Below are positions 50,114 to 62,686 of a DNA stretch of 64,000 nt, piece by piece. A program made the translations under genes and the position numbers. Numbering within the stretch: the first letter of the stretch is position 1; the number at the start of each line of letters is the position of its first letter. The notes beneath the pieces were generated by a model. The model worked only from the letters and a program-made list of their open reading frames with translations, searched no databases and was not told the DNA's origin. The stretch comes from Squalus acanthias (lineage: Eukaryota): assembly GCA_030390025.1 (NCBI GenBank), contig CM059425.1:137394001-137458000 (forward strand). The letters run 5' to 3'.

Positions 50114-50797
50114 GGGGGAGAAATTCAGTTTGGGGCGATAACTTTTAAAAGTTGAAAAAATTAAAGCCAGGCGCTAATGTTTTTCAACTTTAAAAAATTC
50201 GGTGTTTGCGCTCCTGGAAGAAAGTGGAGCACTAAATCAAGCGCTCCACTTCCTTCCTGGAGTGCAACAGGCAGCAGGCGGGGCGGTAGGTGTGCAGCGC
50301 TGCACCATGGGCCGTGCAATGCTGCTGTGTTGAAAGGCTCCTTCCCTCCTTTAAAGGCTCTGCAAGGCAAAAACTTACCTGTCCCCGATGACAGCCGCGA
50401 TCTGGCCCGATCAGCTCGAATCATTGCATCAAAGTGCTGGGCCGATCGATCGCTGGCGAAGAAAAATAAAAAAACCACAAAGACCATTTGAGAATTTTTA
50501 CCTCGGCCGCCTCGCCTTGAAGTATCGCCCCCGTAGCGCCCGGCCTCCCGATGAACGCCTCCTGCAGCTGTCGGTGTTTTCGCCCGGCAATGTTGCAGGT
50601 GTCGGAACCGAAGTTCGGGTCTGGGGCGCTACCGGGGCGATGCGCACGGCGATGGCGTCACGGTGATGGCCGCACACCTCCCGCCGAATATAGCAGGAGT
50701 TGATCTTCTCGCCGCGCCTGGTCGGTGAGTGCTTAGCGCCTCGTTATCGCCCCCAGAGGCGATAACAGGAGGCACCAAGGAGGCTAATTTCTAGCCC
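50114..50797. mobile_element. Harbinger MITE inserted in a CR1 tail microsatellite
   Basis: Ends GGGGGAGAAATT / AATTTCTAGCCC, TSD ATA within (ATAGAATC)n. Confidence 0.85.
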
Positions 50798-51899
50798 ATA
50801 GAATCATAGAATGATACAGCACGGAAGGAGGCCATTCGACCCATTGTGCCTGTCCCTCTTTGGTAGATCTATCCAATTAATCCCACTCCCTTGCTCTTTC
50901 CCCATAGCCCTGTGAATTTTTTCCTTCAAGTATTTATTCAATGGTACCGAATCTTACCTAACAGCAAAGGTCGTGAACAGGGGAACAAAAGGAAGACTGA
51001 CAGGATTTGGAATATGAGACACTGGCATGGGGAAATTTGCCTTATTAAAAATTAGATCATGGTTATAGCTGTCTTCCCTTGATTGTTTCACTCTACGCAA
51101 TATTACAGTTACAGCACAGGGAAATGCAGCTGAAATTATATCCTTGGATTTCCAGAAAGCTTTCAACTAGGTTTCATATTGGTGATTAATGGCTAAGGTA
51201 GGGAGTTTGGCTTAGTGAGAAAATAGCTATAAATATGAACATTTCAGGCTGGAAAAAGACCAAAAGGGAAAAATACAGGGGTCGGTCTTGGGACTTGCTA
51301 TTTTTAAGGAATATTAACCACAATAAACGACAGTACAAAAATGAGGAATAACTAGATTCGGAATGATTTAGGACTTTGGGTTTGTGCTTTTCAAATATTA
51401 GCATACTGATGCTTAATGATTCATTTCCTTTTTATGCTATTTTAACAATCTTTTCAACCCATAAAAATAAACAAGTTAATGCCTCCATTACAATAGCAGA
51501 CTAAGGAATCACATAGGATTGTATTATCAGGTCTCTATGCTAATATTCACACTGTAATTTCAAGGGTTAAATATTGTTGCCAACTGTGTCAGTTGGCAGT
51601 AGCTACAATTTAATGCGGATAATGTAAAATAATTACAGTAGTTTGTAACTAAGGAGCATAAAGGAATATGTGTTGTATGAAGAACGTGGTACAACATGAT
51701 CAGAAATGAGGGGTCACAGTAGATAAATCGAGGAGAGCTTTGACGCACAGTTTAACTGAAGTAAATAAGGCAATAAAGGTACTAGTTTGCCTAAGCTAAA
51801 GAATAGAGTACAAAACTGTATTGCTGCGTAAGGCATTGGTCAGACTCCATCTGCAGTGCTACATGCAGTTCTGGTTACTAATCGTAGGAAGCATATATT

Positions 51900-52643
51900 G
51901 GGCCAAAAATTGATCCCGCTGCGCGAGAGTACGCACTGCGTACTCTCGCGTATTCTCTCTCCAATTGCCGGTTTTTTGCATGCCCTGCGCATGCGCTGAA
52001 AACCGGCACTTGGTCTTTGGAAAAGGGGGCGGTTCCTCGGTGCATCGCGTGCGCGCTACAGGCTGCGCGCACGCTATGCACTTAGTGCTTTGGACGCGCA
52101 GGTAAGGACGGAAGATTTTAGAAATGGAAAAAGGAGGAGTAAGACCCACTTTTAACAAGGTAAGTAGTGAATTAAGTATTTTTTTGAATTTTTTTTAACA
52201 GGTATATCTTTTTTAGAGACTTTAAAGACAGGTAAGTTTATTTTTATAACTTTTTAAAAGATTTTAAATTTTTTCAAAAATTTAATTTTTTATTTAAAAT
52301 GGTTAATTTATTTAACTATACTTATTTTATTAATGTGATGGTTTTTTTAAAAAATTTAATTGAGGTTTAGCTGTTATTTTGGGGGGGTGTAAGATTCATA
52401 GCTTTCACAGCACGTATGTGAAACTTATGAATGGAAGATGGTGTGCTGCCATTGGCTCTAACTGAGTCACGTGATCCCACAGCTCGCACGAATTCACTAC
52501 GCCGGTGGGATACGCAAGCACTGCCCAGCTGATGTCTGGAACATCAAGTTCGTGCGAGCTGGATCTGAAAAAGCCAACGCGGAGTGAGAGATCGCGTCTG
52601 CTCCTTACCCCCGCGGGAACAGAGCGAGATCAATTTCTGGGCC
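51900..52643 (+). mobile_element. Harbinger MITE
   Basis: Ends GGGCCAAAAATTGATC / GATCAATTTCTGGGCC, TSD ATT. Related to 62353-63219. Confidence 0.85.
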
Positions 52644-54010
52644 ATTGTTTCCCTTTAGGAAGAACAGAAACAATTGGTAATCAGGAATTGACGTTATGAA
52701 GAAAGATGACAGAAGTCGTATAAGAGATTGCATCGTGATCTAATTGAAGGGAATACATAAAATTGATCATTCTGGGATGTTAGGAGTAAGAGGGAACTTG
52801 GACTGAACTTTCACCCAATGAGTAATAGAGATGTGGAATAAGTTACAAGAGATGGTCATGGAAGCAGACAGTATAAATGAATTCAAGAGACAAGTGAATA
52901 CTTTCCTGGAGACAAATGGGATTTAGGGATCTGATGAGAAAGCAGGTAGGTGGAGCTCATCTATGAAAATGCATAGTTTTGTTGATCCTAATGGTCTTCT
53001 TTTGCGAAAGAGTCTTGGGTTCTGTACATGTATATACACACATGTGCACACACGGCCTCCAATATATCCGCCTACACGTCAGAATAACTCATGTGACCTA
53101 AACCTTTGTCACTGTTGCTTTGTACCCAACTGCTGCTAAGGTGTGTCAGAGCAGCCCTCTCCAAGGGCAAACAATGGACCTCCTCCCATTACTCCTTTCC
53201 GAAATGCTCGATCTGAAATGAAGAATGACTAAGTAGGGAATCATTTTTGCTAACCTATGCTCACCACTCCATGGACATCAAGTTGAATGAATTTACCATT
53301 TAATACATTGGTTGAATCTGACTGTGGTAGCTCCTTGTGATCTTGAATTTTTTCCACTTCAAATCTTCTTGAAAAATCTTTTGCTAGTTGCAGAAATGGA
53401 ATAGCTAGATATATAAACAGTTTGCCAGCTGTATGATTGCTAGAGGAAGATTGACAGGCTGATGGGACTGGATCAAACTAATCTTTGTTTCTTTGTGGAG
53501 AGTTAAATTATAAATATAGTGAGTTTTTGGCAGATCTTGCATGTCTCAATTTATCAGAGCTAATTGTACTGTCTATTTTTCCAATTAGCTTCCAGCAGTA
53601 CACAAAAGAACACTGTAGTAGTTGTGTTAAAAAATCTATTAATACCAAATGGTAGCTAATTGAGATGGAATAAAAACTTAATTTAAATCGTATTTTCTTT
53701 CTTTCACTAATTCTGGGGGAAGAGTAGGCATGAGTACACAGTATTGCACTGCAATGGAACAACGTTATTGCTTGCAGATGTGGGCACTGGAGTGGAAAGA
53801 GCTTATTGCTGGTAGAATGTGCACATATTGAAACATAGGAATTGCTGGATGAAAAAAGACCAAGGTGCATTTAGCTCGCCTTCTACCATCCTGGTAGTTG
53901 TATGATACAATGATAATGGAGTTGTTGACTAATCATGGCAATCAGTTGCTATCAATAAATCTACAACAGGTGAGGGAAAATCCCTAGTGGTGGAAAGCTT
54001 TGGAAACCAT

Positions 54011-55749
54011 GGGCTCGATTTTGCCAGGCCTGAGGAGGCGGGATTGGAGGTGTGTGAGGTGTTAAAATTGCAAAAAATGTCGGCTGGCTCCAATCCCGCC
54101 TCCGAGCAATTTTCCCAGAATCAGGGTTTGAGACCCCGTTTCCATCCCACCTCCAAGAGGCGGGATAAGCCCTTAAGGCCCTTAACAACCAGTTAATTGC
54201 CTCTATAATCCCATTTTGAGAGGCCTTTCTGAATTTAACACTTTTCCCCCGTGCTGCACGTCTCTTCTGGATCACGCCAGTGAATCCTGGCGGCCTCACA
54301 AGTGGATTGCTTACTAACAGCTGCAGCTCCAAGATTAAAAGAGTTTTCAGCAATCATCATTTGCAGATGACAGAACTTTGTTGTCTCAGGTCTGGGGGAA
54401 CTTTTAGCAGGCCTACTCATTGTTGTGGAAGTTTGGAGCCTGAGACCAATCTCCAGTGTGACCTCCTGGGAAACCCCTCTCCCCACCTTGACTGAGCGCT
54501 TCCTCAACTGAGGTATATACCAGAAGAATGGGAACTATTTATTTCCTTTCCTCCTGGAGAGTGGAGAGGGGGGCTGTCGCTGGTCCTGTGGGGGAGTAAA
54601 GGAAAGAGTTAGACATGTGAGGTAAATGTTGCATGCACATTGAAGTGTGCAGATGATCATAAGTCAATCTGTTAGAGCATCAGAATCACTATCAGTCACT
54701 CATACAATGTCAATGAGAGAGATGAAAAACAAATCTGTCACCAGCTTGCTCTGATGCGCCCGTCTGTCCGTCCCCCACTTGCGCATCCTCCTCCACTCCA
54801 ACAATCTCCAGGGCCACCTCCTCCGTAGTGGTGAGCTGGGCTCCTGAGGGTGGCCCTCCTCCTGTCCTCGCCCTCTCCCTCTTATTGTGGGCTCTCTTTT
54901 CCTGCAATGAGGGACACAAGTGGAGTTTGAGTGAGAATGAAGGAGTGAGTGTAGAGAATCCATAGCATAGATGCTTAGAAGGACACAAAGATGGAGTGAG
55001 GTGCCAAGACCAAAGGCCCTCCCTGTGTGTTGTAAGTTGTTGTCATATCATCACAGTGATAGAGAGTGTGAGGGCTGCATAGTCGAATAGTTAAGTGAAT
55101 GTGAACATACAGAGAGAGGGAATGGGTAAGGGTGCAGGGATGTAAGGGTGAAGTGGGATGTGGAGGAGGAGGTTGACAAAGCAGAGTGCTGGTGATGAGA
55201 GGCGATGGGGATCAGATTGAGGGTCATGGGGATGGAATACTCACTTTTCCTGTGTGGAGAAGGTCATGAAACCTCTTTCGGCACTGCAGCCAGGTTCTGC
55301 TGCACATTGAGATGGCACTCACCTCCTGTGCCACTTGCAGCCACACAGCTTTGGTCTGTTGTGGAGGCTTTTTCCTCCCTGAGGAAGGAAAGAGCACTTC
55401 CTTGTTTGCTCTTGCTCCCTCTACCAGAGCTTGGAGGGAGGCCTCATCAAATCTGGGTGCACACTTTGGTCTGGTGCTGGACATAGTAGCAGTAGGAATC
55501 CCTCAGAAGTATGTTGATAAAGTTGTAAGGTTGAAAAAGAACCAAGGCTGCTTGCAGGCCTTAAATCCAGCTGCATAGATGATGTCATCGGAGGCGAGTT
55601 TCAGTTTCAAAAGACTCATTGGACCAGGGGTTCCCACACGCTGGAAATCAAGTGCCCAATTAGGGCAAAATCGCACTTTTGTCCCATCTCACATCGAAGG
55701 CGGGGTCCTGACACACCCCCAGCCCGCCCCCAATGACAAAATCCAGCCC
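54011..55749 (-). mobile_element. Harbinger non-autonomous element retaining Myb/SANT exons 1-2
   Basis: TIRs GGGCTCGATTTTG / CAAAATCCAGCCC, TSD CAT. ORF 55224-55484 reads APRFDEASLQALVE...WLQVAQEV...RTWLQCRKRFHDL. Confidence 0.9.
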
Positions 55750-56536
55750 CATAGGTCCAAAGTCAACTGTTTTGCTAAGATGCTACACTTATCATATGAC
55801 ATGTCTCAAATTACTCACATATTGTATCTCAAAGTATTATTTTTGGAAAGAAATCTATCTAATTTGTATTTTATTGAATCATAGTATCTGCTTCCACTGT
55901 CTTCCGAGGGAGCCTGTTCCATACATTGATTACTCGCTCACTGAAATAATGAGAGGAATTTCATCCTAAAAAAACGGGTGGGTTTGGAGCAGTTAAATTG
56001 TTAAAAATGGGATTCCATTCTTGAACCCGCTTCCAACCTGCCCACTTCCGGTTTTAACGGAGGTGGGACAGGGGCGGGTGACCAACCCATTCCCAGGGGG
56101 CGGAACATCAATTAAATATTATAATGAGGCTGAAAGCCTCCTTTTTAAACTCCATTTTGTTTTTAACTGCATGTGGACGGGTTTCACACAATTCGTGAAA
56201 CCCGGCAGTTAAAGCGAGGCGGGGACGGCTGCATCCAGGAGGTAAGTGGCTTTATAACTACCTCCTGGATCCAGGGTCCCTACCTAACCCACCCCCCATG
56301 ATAAGTGACCCCTCACGAGGCCTCCAATCGCCTTCCCAGGCTTCCCCACCCCTGCCCACCCCTGTCAGGCCTCCATTCACCTCCCCAGGCCTCCCCACAG
56401 CCCCCCGCTCCACCCCCCAGGCCTTCCCTCCCACGATGATGCTGAGACCGGTCATGATCCTCTGCTGGCTGGCCCTGATCTTCTCTTTTACCCCCACCCC
56501 CATCTCTGCCTGACCTCTCCCCCGCCGATGCTTTCC

Positions 56537-57750
56537 CCGGCCCCGATCCTCAGTCCTCTCTCCCCCCGAACCATTGCCCGGCCCCGATCCTCGGTCCTCT
56601 CTCCCCCCGAACCATTGCCCGGCCCCGATCCTCGGTCCTCTCTCCCCCCGATCCATTGCCCGGCCCCGATCCCTGGTCCTCTCTCCCCCCGATCCATTGC
56701 CCAGCCCCGATCCTCGGTCTTCTCTCCCCCCGAACCATTGCCCGGCCCCGATCCTCGGTCCTCTCTCCCCCCGATCCATTGCCGGGCCCCGATCCCTGGT
56801 CCTCTCTCCCCCCGATCCATTGCCCAGCCCCGATCCTCGGTCTTCTCTCCCCCCGAACCATTGCCCGGCCCCGATCCTCGGTCCTCTCTCCCCCCGAACC
56901 ATTGCCCGGCCCCGATCCTCGGTCCTCTCTCCCCCCGATCCATTGCCCGGCCCCGATCCCTGGTCCTCTCTCCCCCCCCGCAATCCATTGCCCGGCCCCG
57001 ATCCTCGGTTCTCTCTCCCCCCGATCCATTGCCCAGCCCCGATCCCCGGTCCTCTCTCCCCCCGATCCATTGCCGGGCCCCGATCCTCGGTCCTCTCTTC
57101 CCCGATCCATTGCCGGGCCCCGATCCTAGTTCCTCTCTCCCACCAATCCATTGCCGGGCCCCAATCCTCGGTCCTCTCTCCCCCGATCCATTGCCGGGCC
57201 CCGATCCCTGGTCCTCTCTCCCCCTGATCCCTGGTCCTCTCTCCCCCCGATCCCTGGTCCTCTCTCCCCCCGATCCATTGCCCAGCCCCGATCCCCGGTC
57301 CTCTCTCCCCCCGATCCATTGCTGGGCCCCGATCCTCGGTCCTCTCTTCCCTGATCCATTGCCGGGCCCCGATCCTAGTTCCTCTCTCCCACCAATCCAT
57401 TGCCGGGCCCCAATCCTCGGTCCTCTCTCCCCCGATCCATTGCCGGGCCCCGATCCTCGTTCCTCTCTCTCCCCCCGATCCATTGCCCAGCCCCGATCCC
57501 TGGTCCTCTCTCCCCCCGATCTATTGCCCGGCCCCGATCCCTGGTCCTCTCTCCGCCCGATCCCTGATCCTCTCTCCCCCCGATCCCTGGTCCTCTCTCC
57601 CCCTGATCCATTGCCCAGCCTCAATCCTCGGTCTTCTCTCCCCCTGATCCATTGCCCAGCCTCGATCCTCGGTCTTCTCTCCCCCTGATCCATTGCCCGG
57701 CCCCGATCCCTGGTCCTCTCTTCCACCGATCCATTTCCCGGCCCCCGCTC
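56537..57750. repeat. GC-rich minisatellite, about 40-bp unit
   Basis: About 30 units of CCATTGCCCGGCCCCGATCCTCGGTCCTCTCTCCCCCCGAT with variants. Confidence 0.95.
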
Positions 57751-57804
57751 CTCATGTGAACCCGTCTCTAATTGTTCCGTGCGGCCGCAGGCCTACCTGC
57801 CCGC

Positions 57805-58391
57805 AGCTATTTAAAGGCGACCGCTTCCTGCCTTTTTTTGTTGGCGACATTTTTGAACCACACATTCTGAGAGAGAGAGAAAGCGACTTCTGGAGAGATT
57901 CAACGCTGTGTGAAGGAATTTTGGGTACTGAGCAGCACTTTGCAGGTTCATTTTGATTTGCCCTTCCTTGTATCGATTTAGAAGAGACTGTGGGGGCTGC
58001 ACTCTGAGCTCTTTCCCTGGGCCTCTCCATTGTTCTTTCCAGCAGATTTGATGTACAGGTGTCTCCAGGCCGAGATTCAAGGCTGCAATGAGCAGGATGT
58101 GGATGGAAAGAAAGATCAATCCTCCCCTTTAAGAACTGGCCAGCACCATTGTGTCTGTGTTGCATTGCTGACTGACATCACATGAGCTTCGCCAGCGCTC
58201 TGAGTTAGCGCCTCGCTCCTCGGCCTTTGCGCCTTAAGACAGATGTGTAGCGCCTGATTTAGCGCTCCAATCACCTCCAGGGGTGATAAAAGTCAAGTTT
58301 GCAGTCGGAGGCGATAATTAGCGCCAGGCGCTAATCTTTGCGCCCGGCCGATAATTGTGCCCCAAATGGGGCGATACTGAATTTTTCCCCC
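57805..58391. mobile_element. Right part of the 32615-33507 MITE family
   Basis: Highly similar to 32922-33507, ending in ACTGAATTTTTCCCCC. Confidence 0.88.
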
Positions 58392-59990
58392 TATGTTTCC
58401 CACAAAACTCTTACGGCTGGTAAAAGCAGGTGTAGGGCTTACTTTCATCAGTGTAAGGGTTATTATAAATCTTAAATTCAACATTTAAAAATAAAAAATG
58501 GTGCGCAAACACTTTAAATTAGCTTATGCAAATATTGGATGTTTAAAATTATTTTTCAAAAAATTAATTTTTTATTGTATTTGGTGTAACAAAGGGACTT
58601 ATGAATAAAATTGAAATTCAGAACATTTATATTTACTAGAATTGTGTAAATTGTTTAATTATTTGGGGATTCCATTGCATGTCATTAGGGGATTCCATTC
58701 AGAAATGACTGCAATGGAATCCTCTTTGCGATTGGAGGACCGGGCCCATGTGATCCCAGGGACGCTTCTGAACCGCCTCGCTCATTATTTTCTTTCCATT
58801 TAAGTAATAATCCCTTCCTGGATTTTTGTTCTTCGTATGAGCTGTTTGCATTTCTCGACATTGAATTTCATCTGACACCTGTCTGCCCAATTCCCAAGTA
58901 TATTCAAATCCCCTGTAGCTTGTCCTGTTCACCTTTGGAGTCTATCAACTTCATTAGCTTTGTATCATCTGTAAATTCAACCATTGTACTTGTGACCCCT
59001 AGTTCCAAATCACTTATGATAATATTTAACAAAAGAGGTCCCAAAACAAATCCCTGTGGGACCCCACTGGTAACAGTCTCCCAGGCTGATGACAATCCTA
59101 ATCACCACCCTTTGGGTTCTATCGGACAACGAATTACATATCCATTGTAAAATATTTCCACTGATTCCTGCTTTATTTATTTTCAGTACCAGCCTTTCAA
59201 AAGGGACTGTATCAAAGGCCTTACTGAAATCTAAGTACACTACACCCACTACATTACCCCTATAAAGCTCCTTTGTCACACCCTCAAAGAAAACCAGCAA
59301 GTTAGATTGGCAAGATCTCCCCTTCATGAACCCATATTTGCTATCTTTTATGATTTTATTTCTATCCAGATGCTCCATGATCTTATCTTTAATAAGGTTT
59401 TCCATAACTGTACCCACAATGGACATCAAACTCACTGGTCTGTAGTTTCCTGGGTCACTTCTGGTGCCTTTTTTTCGAATAGGAGTAACATCTGCCTTTC
59501 TCCAGTCCCCAGGCACCTCTCCAGTATTCAGTGATTTCTCACGGATTTGTGCAAGACATCTTGCAATACCCTCCCTTATTTCCTTAAAGATCCTCGGATG
59601 CATTTTTTCTGGCCCCCTGAGATCTATTTACCGTAAGTTGCACAGCTGTTCTGCCACCATGCTGGTAGCAATTTACTGCTACAGCACCCTCAAGTTTCCT
59701 TTCCAGATCAAATAAGTTACCTGTCTCCTCCTTGGCAAAGACTGAGGCAAAAGACGTATTTAACAATTTTGCAGCTGTCATGCACTCACCCGATCCCACG
59801 TTCAGTGGCTCCACTCCATCACTTGTTTTGCCATATTCGATTCAAAATTCTGCTTTGCCATTTTTACACTTCCAGCATTCCTTTTGGTATTGAAACTGTT
59901 AAGTCGGTGCTATTTTCCTTCATGGCCTTAAAAACCTTTTTTTCTTCTTTATGAGTTGCTTGGAGTTCAGCGAGGCAGGAGTCCCTTTAA

Positions 59991-60817
59991 CGATAGCAAA
60001 ATACTGCGGATGCTGGAAATCCGAAATAACAACAGAAAACGCTGGAAAAACTCAGCAGGCCAGACAACATCCGTGGAGAGAGAAAGAGAGTTAACGTTTC
60101 AGGTCGATGACCTTTCGTCAGAACTGGAAAGAGCCGGAAATCAAATAGATTTAAGGCCAGGATAAAGCTGGGAAAAGGGGGAGGGGATAAAGGAACAAAA
60201 GGGGAGATAAAGAGACATTAAGAGACATTAAGAGATATTCAAGGCAAGAGGTGGTGTTGATGTGACAGGTTAAGGCTGAAAGAAGTGTGAAATCCACTGG
60301 CAGAATGAAGGACAGCTGCCAGCTTCTAGGAGGAAAAAAAAAGGTGGGGGGGGGGCCAAATAAAAGGGTGGATGAAAAAATAAAATATAAATGTGATTGG
60401 AGCTGAGGTTATGATCTAAAATTGTTGAACTCGATATTGAGTCCAGAGGGCTGTGGTGTGCCTAAACGAAAGATGAGGTGCTGTTCCTCGAGCTTACGCT
60501 GCGCTTCCGTGGAACAGTGTAATAGGCCGAGGACGGTGAGGTCAGAGTGGGAGTGAAGCGGTGAATTAAAGTGACAGGCGACCGGGAGCTCGGGGTCCCC
60601 CTTACGGACTGAACGGAGGTGTTCCGCAAAGCGGTCACCCAATCCGCGTTTGGTCTCCCCAATGTAGAGGAGACCACATCGTGAGCAGCGAATACAGTAT
60701 ACTAAATTGCAGGAAGTACAAGTAAATCGCTGTTTCACCTGGAAGGGGTGTTTGGGGCCCTGGACAGTGGGAAGAGGGGAGGTATAAGGGCATGTGTTGC
60801 ATCTCCTGCGCCTGCAC
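59991..60817 (-). mobile_element. 5'-truncated PLE family A copy (GIY-YIG region + pLTR)
   Basis: ORF 60409-60939 C-terminus matches family A. TSD GGAGT(C/G)CCTTTAA at 59978-59990 and 60818-60830. Confidence 0.92.
60089..60125 (-). ncRNA. Minimal hammerhead ribozyme (family A, CUGACGA core)
   Basis: Reverse complement is AGTTCTGACGAAAGGTCATCGACCTGAAACGTTAACT. Confidence 0.85.
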
Positions 60818-62595
60818 GGAGTGCCTTTAAGCTTGATACCTTTGCTTTGTATGGGTGCACATTGCATCAGAATCACCTCCTTGAAGGAACTCGACAGTTC
60901 CTTCACTCCTCCAGCTGTCTTTAAACTTTTCAGGCCCACTTCTCAAGTACATTAAGTTGGTCCTCTTAAAATTTGGCAATTTGGTTTGGGTTTTAGTAAC
61001 TCTTGTTATGTCAAATGTGATCACATTATGATCACTGGTACTTAAAGTTGTCCTTATTACACCTCATCAAATCCAGATGTTTTCTCACTTTGTTGGTGTT
61101 AATGGCCGCCGAAAATGTTGGCGCTGGCAGGACCGAAAAATTGCCGCTGGGGACTAATTATCAATAGCCCAGCGCTTAACTCATCGTGGAGCTCTGTCCT
61201 GGTGGCATTCGTCCCAGCAGGAGGCTCCAATGTAGCCTGGCCCAAGCGTCATTGCAGCTAGAACAGCCTCTCTGAAAGCGAGGCTGTGAGTTCAGAAAGC
61301 ATTGTCGGTTTTCTTAAAGGGGCAATGCCTTCTGAAATGAAAAAAATAATAATACTGTAAAAATATGCAGTTTTAGTCCTTACAGCTCAACTGTCCTCTG
61401 ACTTAAAAAAAATTAACATTTGAAAATAAATTCCCAAATGGGAGTCTTCAGCTCTTAAAGTTGAATTCCCTTCTGCACCTCAAAAAATGGGAGAAGTGCT
61501 TCAGCACTAACACAAATGGCTCAGCAAGCCAGGGAAGGGGCGCCCAGGGTCTCGCACACAGGACTCCAGCTTTCTGCAGGGGGTCAACACTGCAAGAGAG
61601 GTCCTCTACCCACAGAGGCCAGGAAGCCCTCCAGAAAGGACGATGTGGGAGTACATCATCGAGGGCATCACTGCTAGCAGTGTCGGCCCCAGGACCTGGC
61701 TCCAGTGCCCAAAGAAGCTTCATGACATCAGACCATTGGTCAAGGTCAGTGAATGCATCTTCAAAAGCCATCTTCTACCAACTGCACCACTAGCCTCACA
61801 CACTGCTCAATGCACGACTTCCCCCCCACCACACCCCCACCCCATCCAATCACTACCAACAATCTGTACCAAACATGAGGTACACCTCCCATTCCTAGTT
61901 TCACCTCACCCTCTTGGAGGAGACGGTGCTGGCCATTCTTGGCAGGGGCATGGCTGATCCCTTGGCCAGCGGCGGGGCTGAAAGGATACAAGATGCTGGT
62001 ATCCTCATATGTTATCCTCCGTCTCACATGCACCTCTTGCTTTCCTGCCCTCCCCTCACCACAACTTCACCCTTAAACCTTCCTCATTTCACACACCCAA
62101 GAAATGCAGTCTGCCCAGCCAGTGGTTGACCAAGAAAAGGGAGAGGAGAGAGAAGGAGAAGGAGAAGGAGAAGAGGAAGAAACACCATCACTCAATTTGA
62201 CACTCGCAGCCACCAGCTCCTCAAGGTCGACCAGCAAGGTCATTTGCAGTGTCTCCCAATGAAAGTCAGCAGCCTTCCACCAGCCATGCTGCAGCCACTG
62301 GGATAGCACTGCGTGACATCAGTAGAATAGGCAAAGGCACACAAAAGACAATAGGCCAAAAATTCGGCCCTTACCGGGTGAGTACGCACTGTGTACTCAC
62401 CCGTAAGGCGTCCTGAAGTGCCGGTTTCCTGCATGCACTGCGCAGCGCGGGAAACCGGAACTTCCGGTCTGGTGAAAGGGTCGATTCATAGGTGAACCAC
62501 GTGCGCGGTAGAGGCTGCGCGCACGCAGCAAACTTAGTTTTTTTTTCAGGTTTCTCCGGGAGGGTAAGTATTAAAGAACCTGCGCTTTTAAAAAG

Positions 62596-62686
62596 TGACT
62601 TCACCTGACGAAGGGGCAGCAGCTCCGAAAGCTTGTGATTTCAAATAAAACTGTTGGACTATAACCTGGTGTTGTGCGACTTCTCA
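62596..62686 (+). mobile_element. About 90-bp hammerhead-only insert (PLE family B-related terminus)
   Basis: 11-bp direct repeat CTTTTAAAAAG on both sides. The 3' part TGTTGGACTATAACCTGGTGTTGTGCGACTTCTCA is identical to the family B 3' end (13557-13591, minus). Confidence 0.85.
62601..62638 (+). ncRNA. Minimal hammerhead ribozyme (family B-like)
   Basis: TCAC CTGACGA A GGGGC agca GCTCC GAAAG CTT GTGA. Stem I TCAC/GTGA, stem II with one G-U pair. Confidence 0.87.

Larger units (their letters stand above)
48590..53030 (+). mobile_element. Degenerate CR1 LINE pieces interrupted by MITEs
   Basis: Endonuclease motifs YRPPN, ILGDFN, LDLV and DHN at 48596-48950, and RT-like MDFRKA-DK near 50020. 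A minus-strand CR1 tail (ATAGAATC)n lies at 50103-50945. Confidence 0.6.

Noticed and set aside
56258..57726. 380-412 aa ORFs on both strands
   Set aside because: Minisatellite artefacts with no domain signature.
56537..57750. CRISPR-like periodicity
   Set aside because: The units are contiguous with no unique spacers, there are no cas genes, and the context is eukaryotic.
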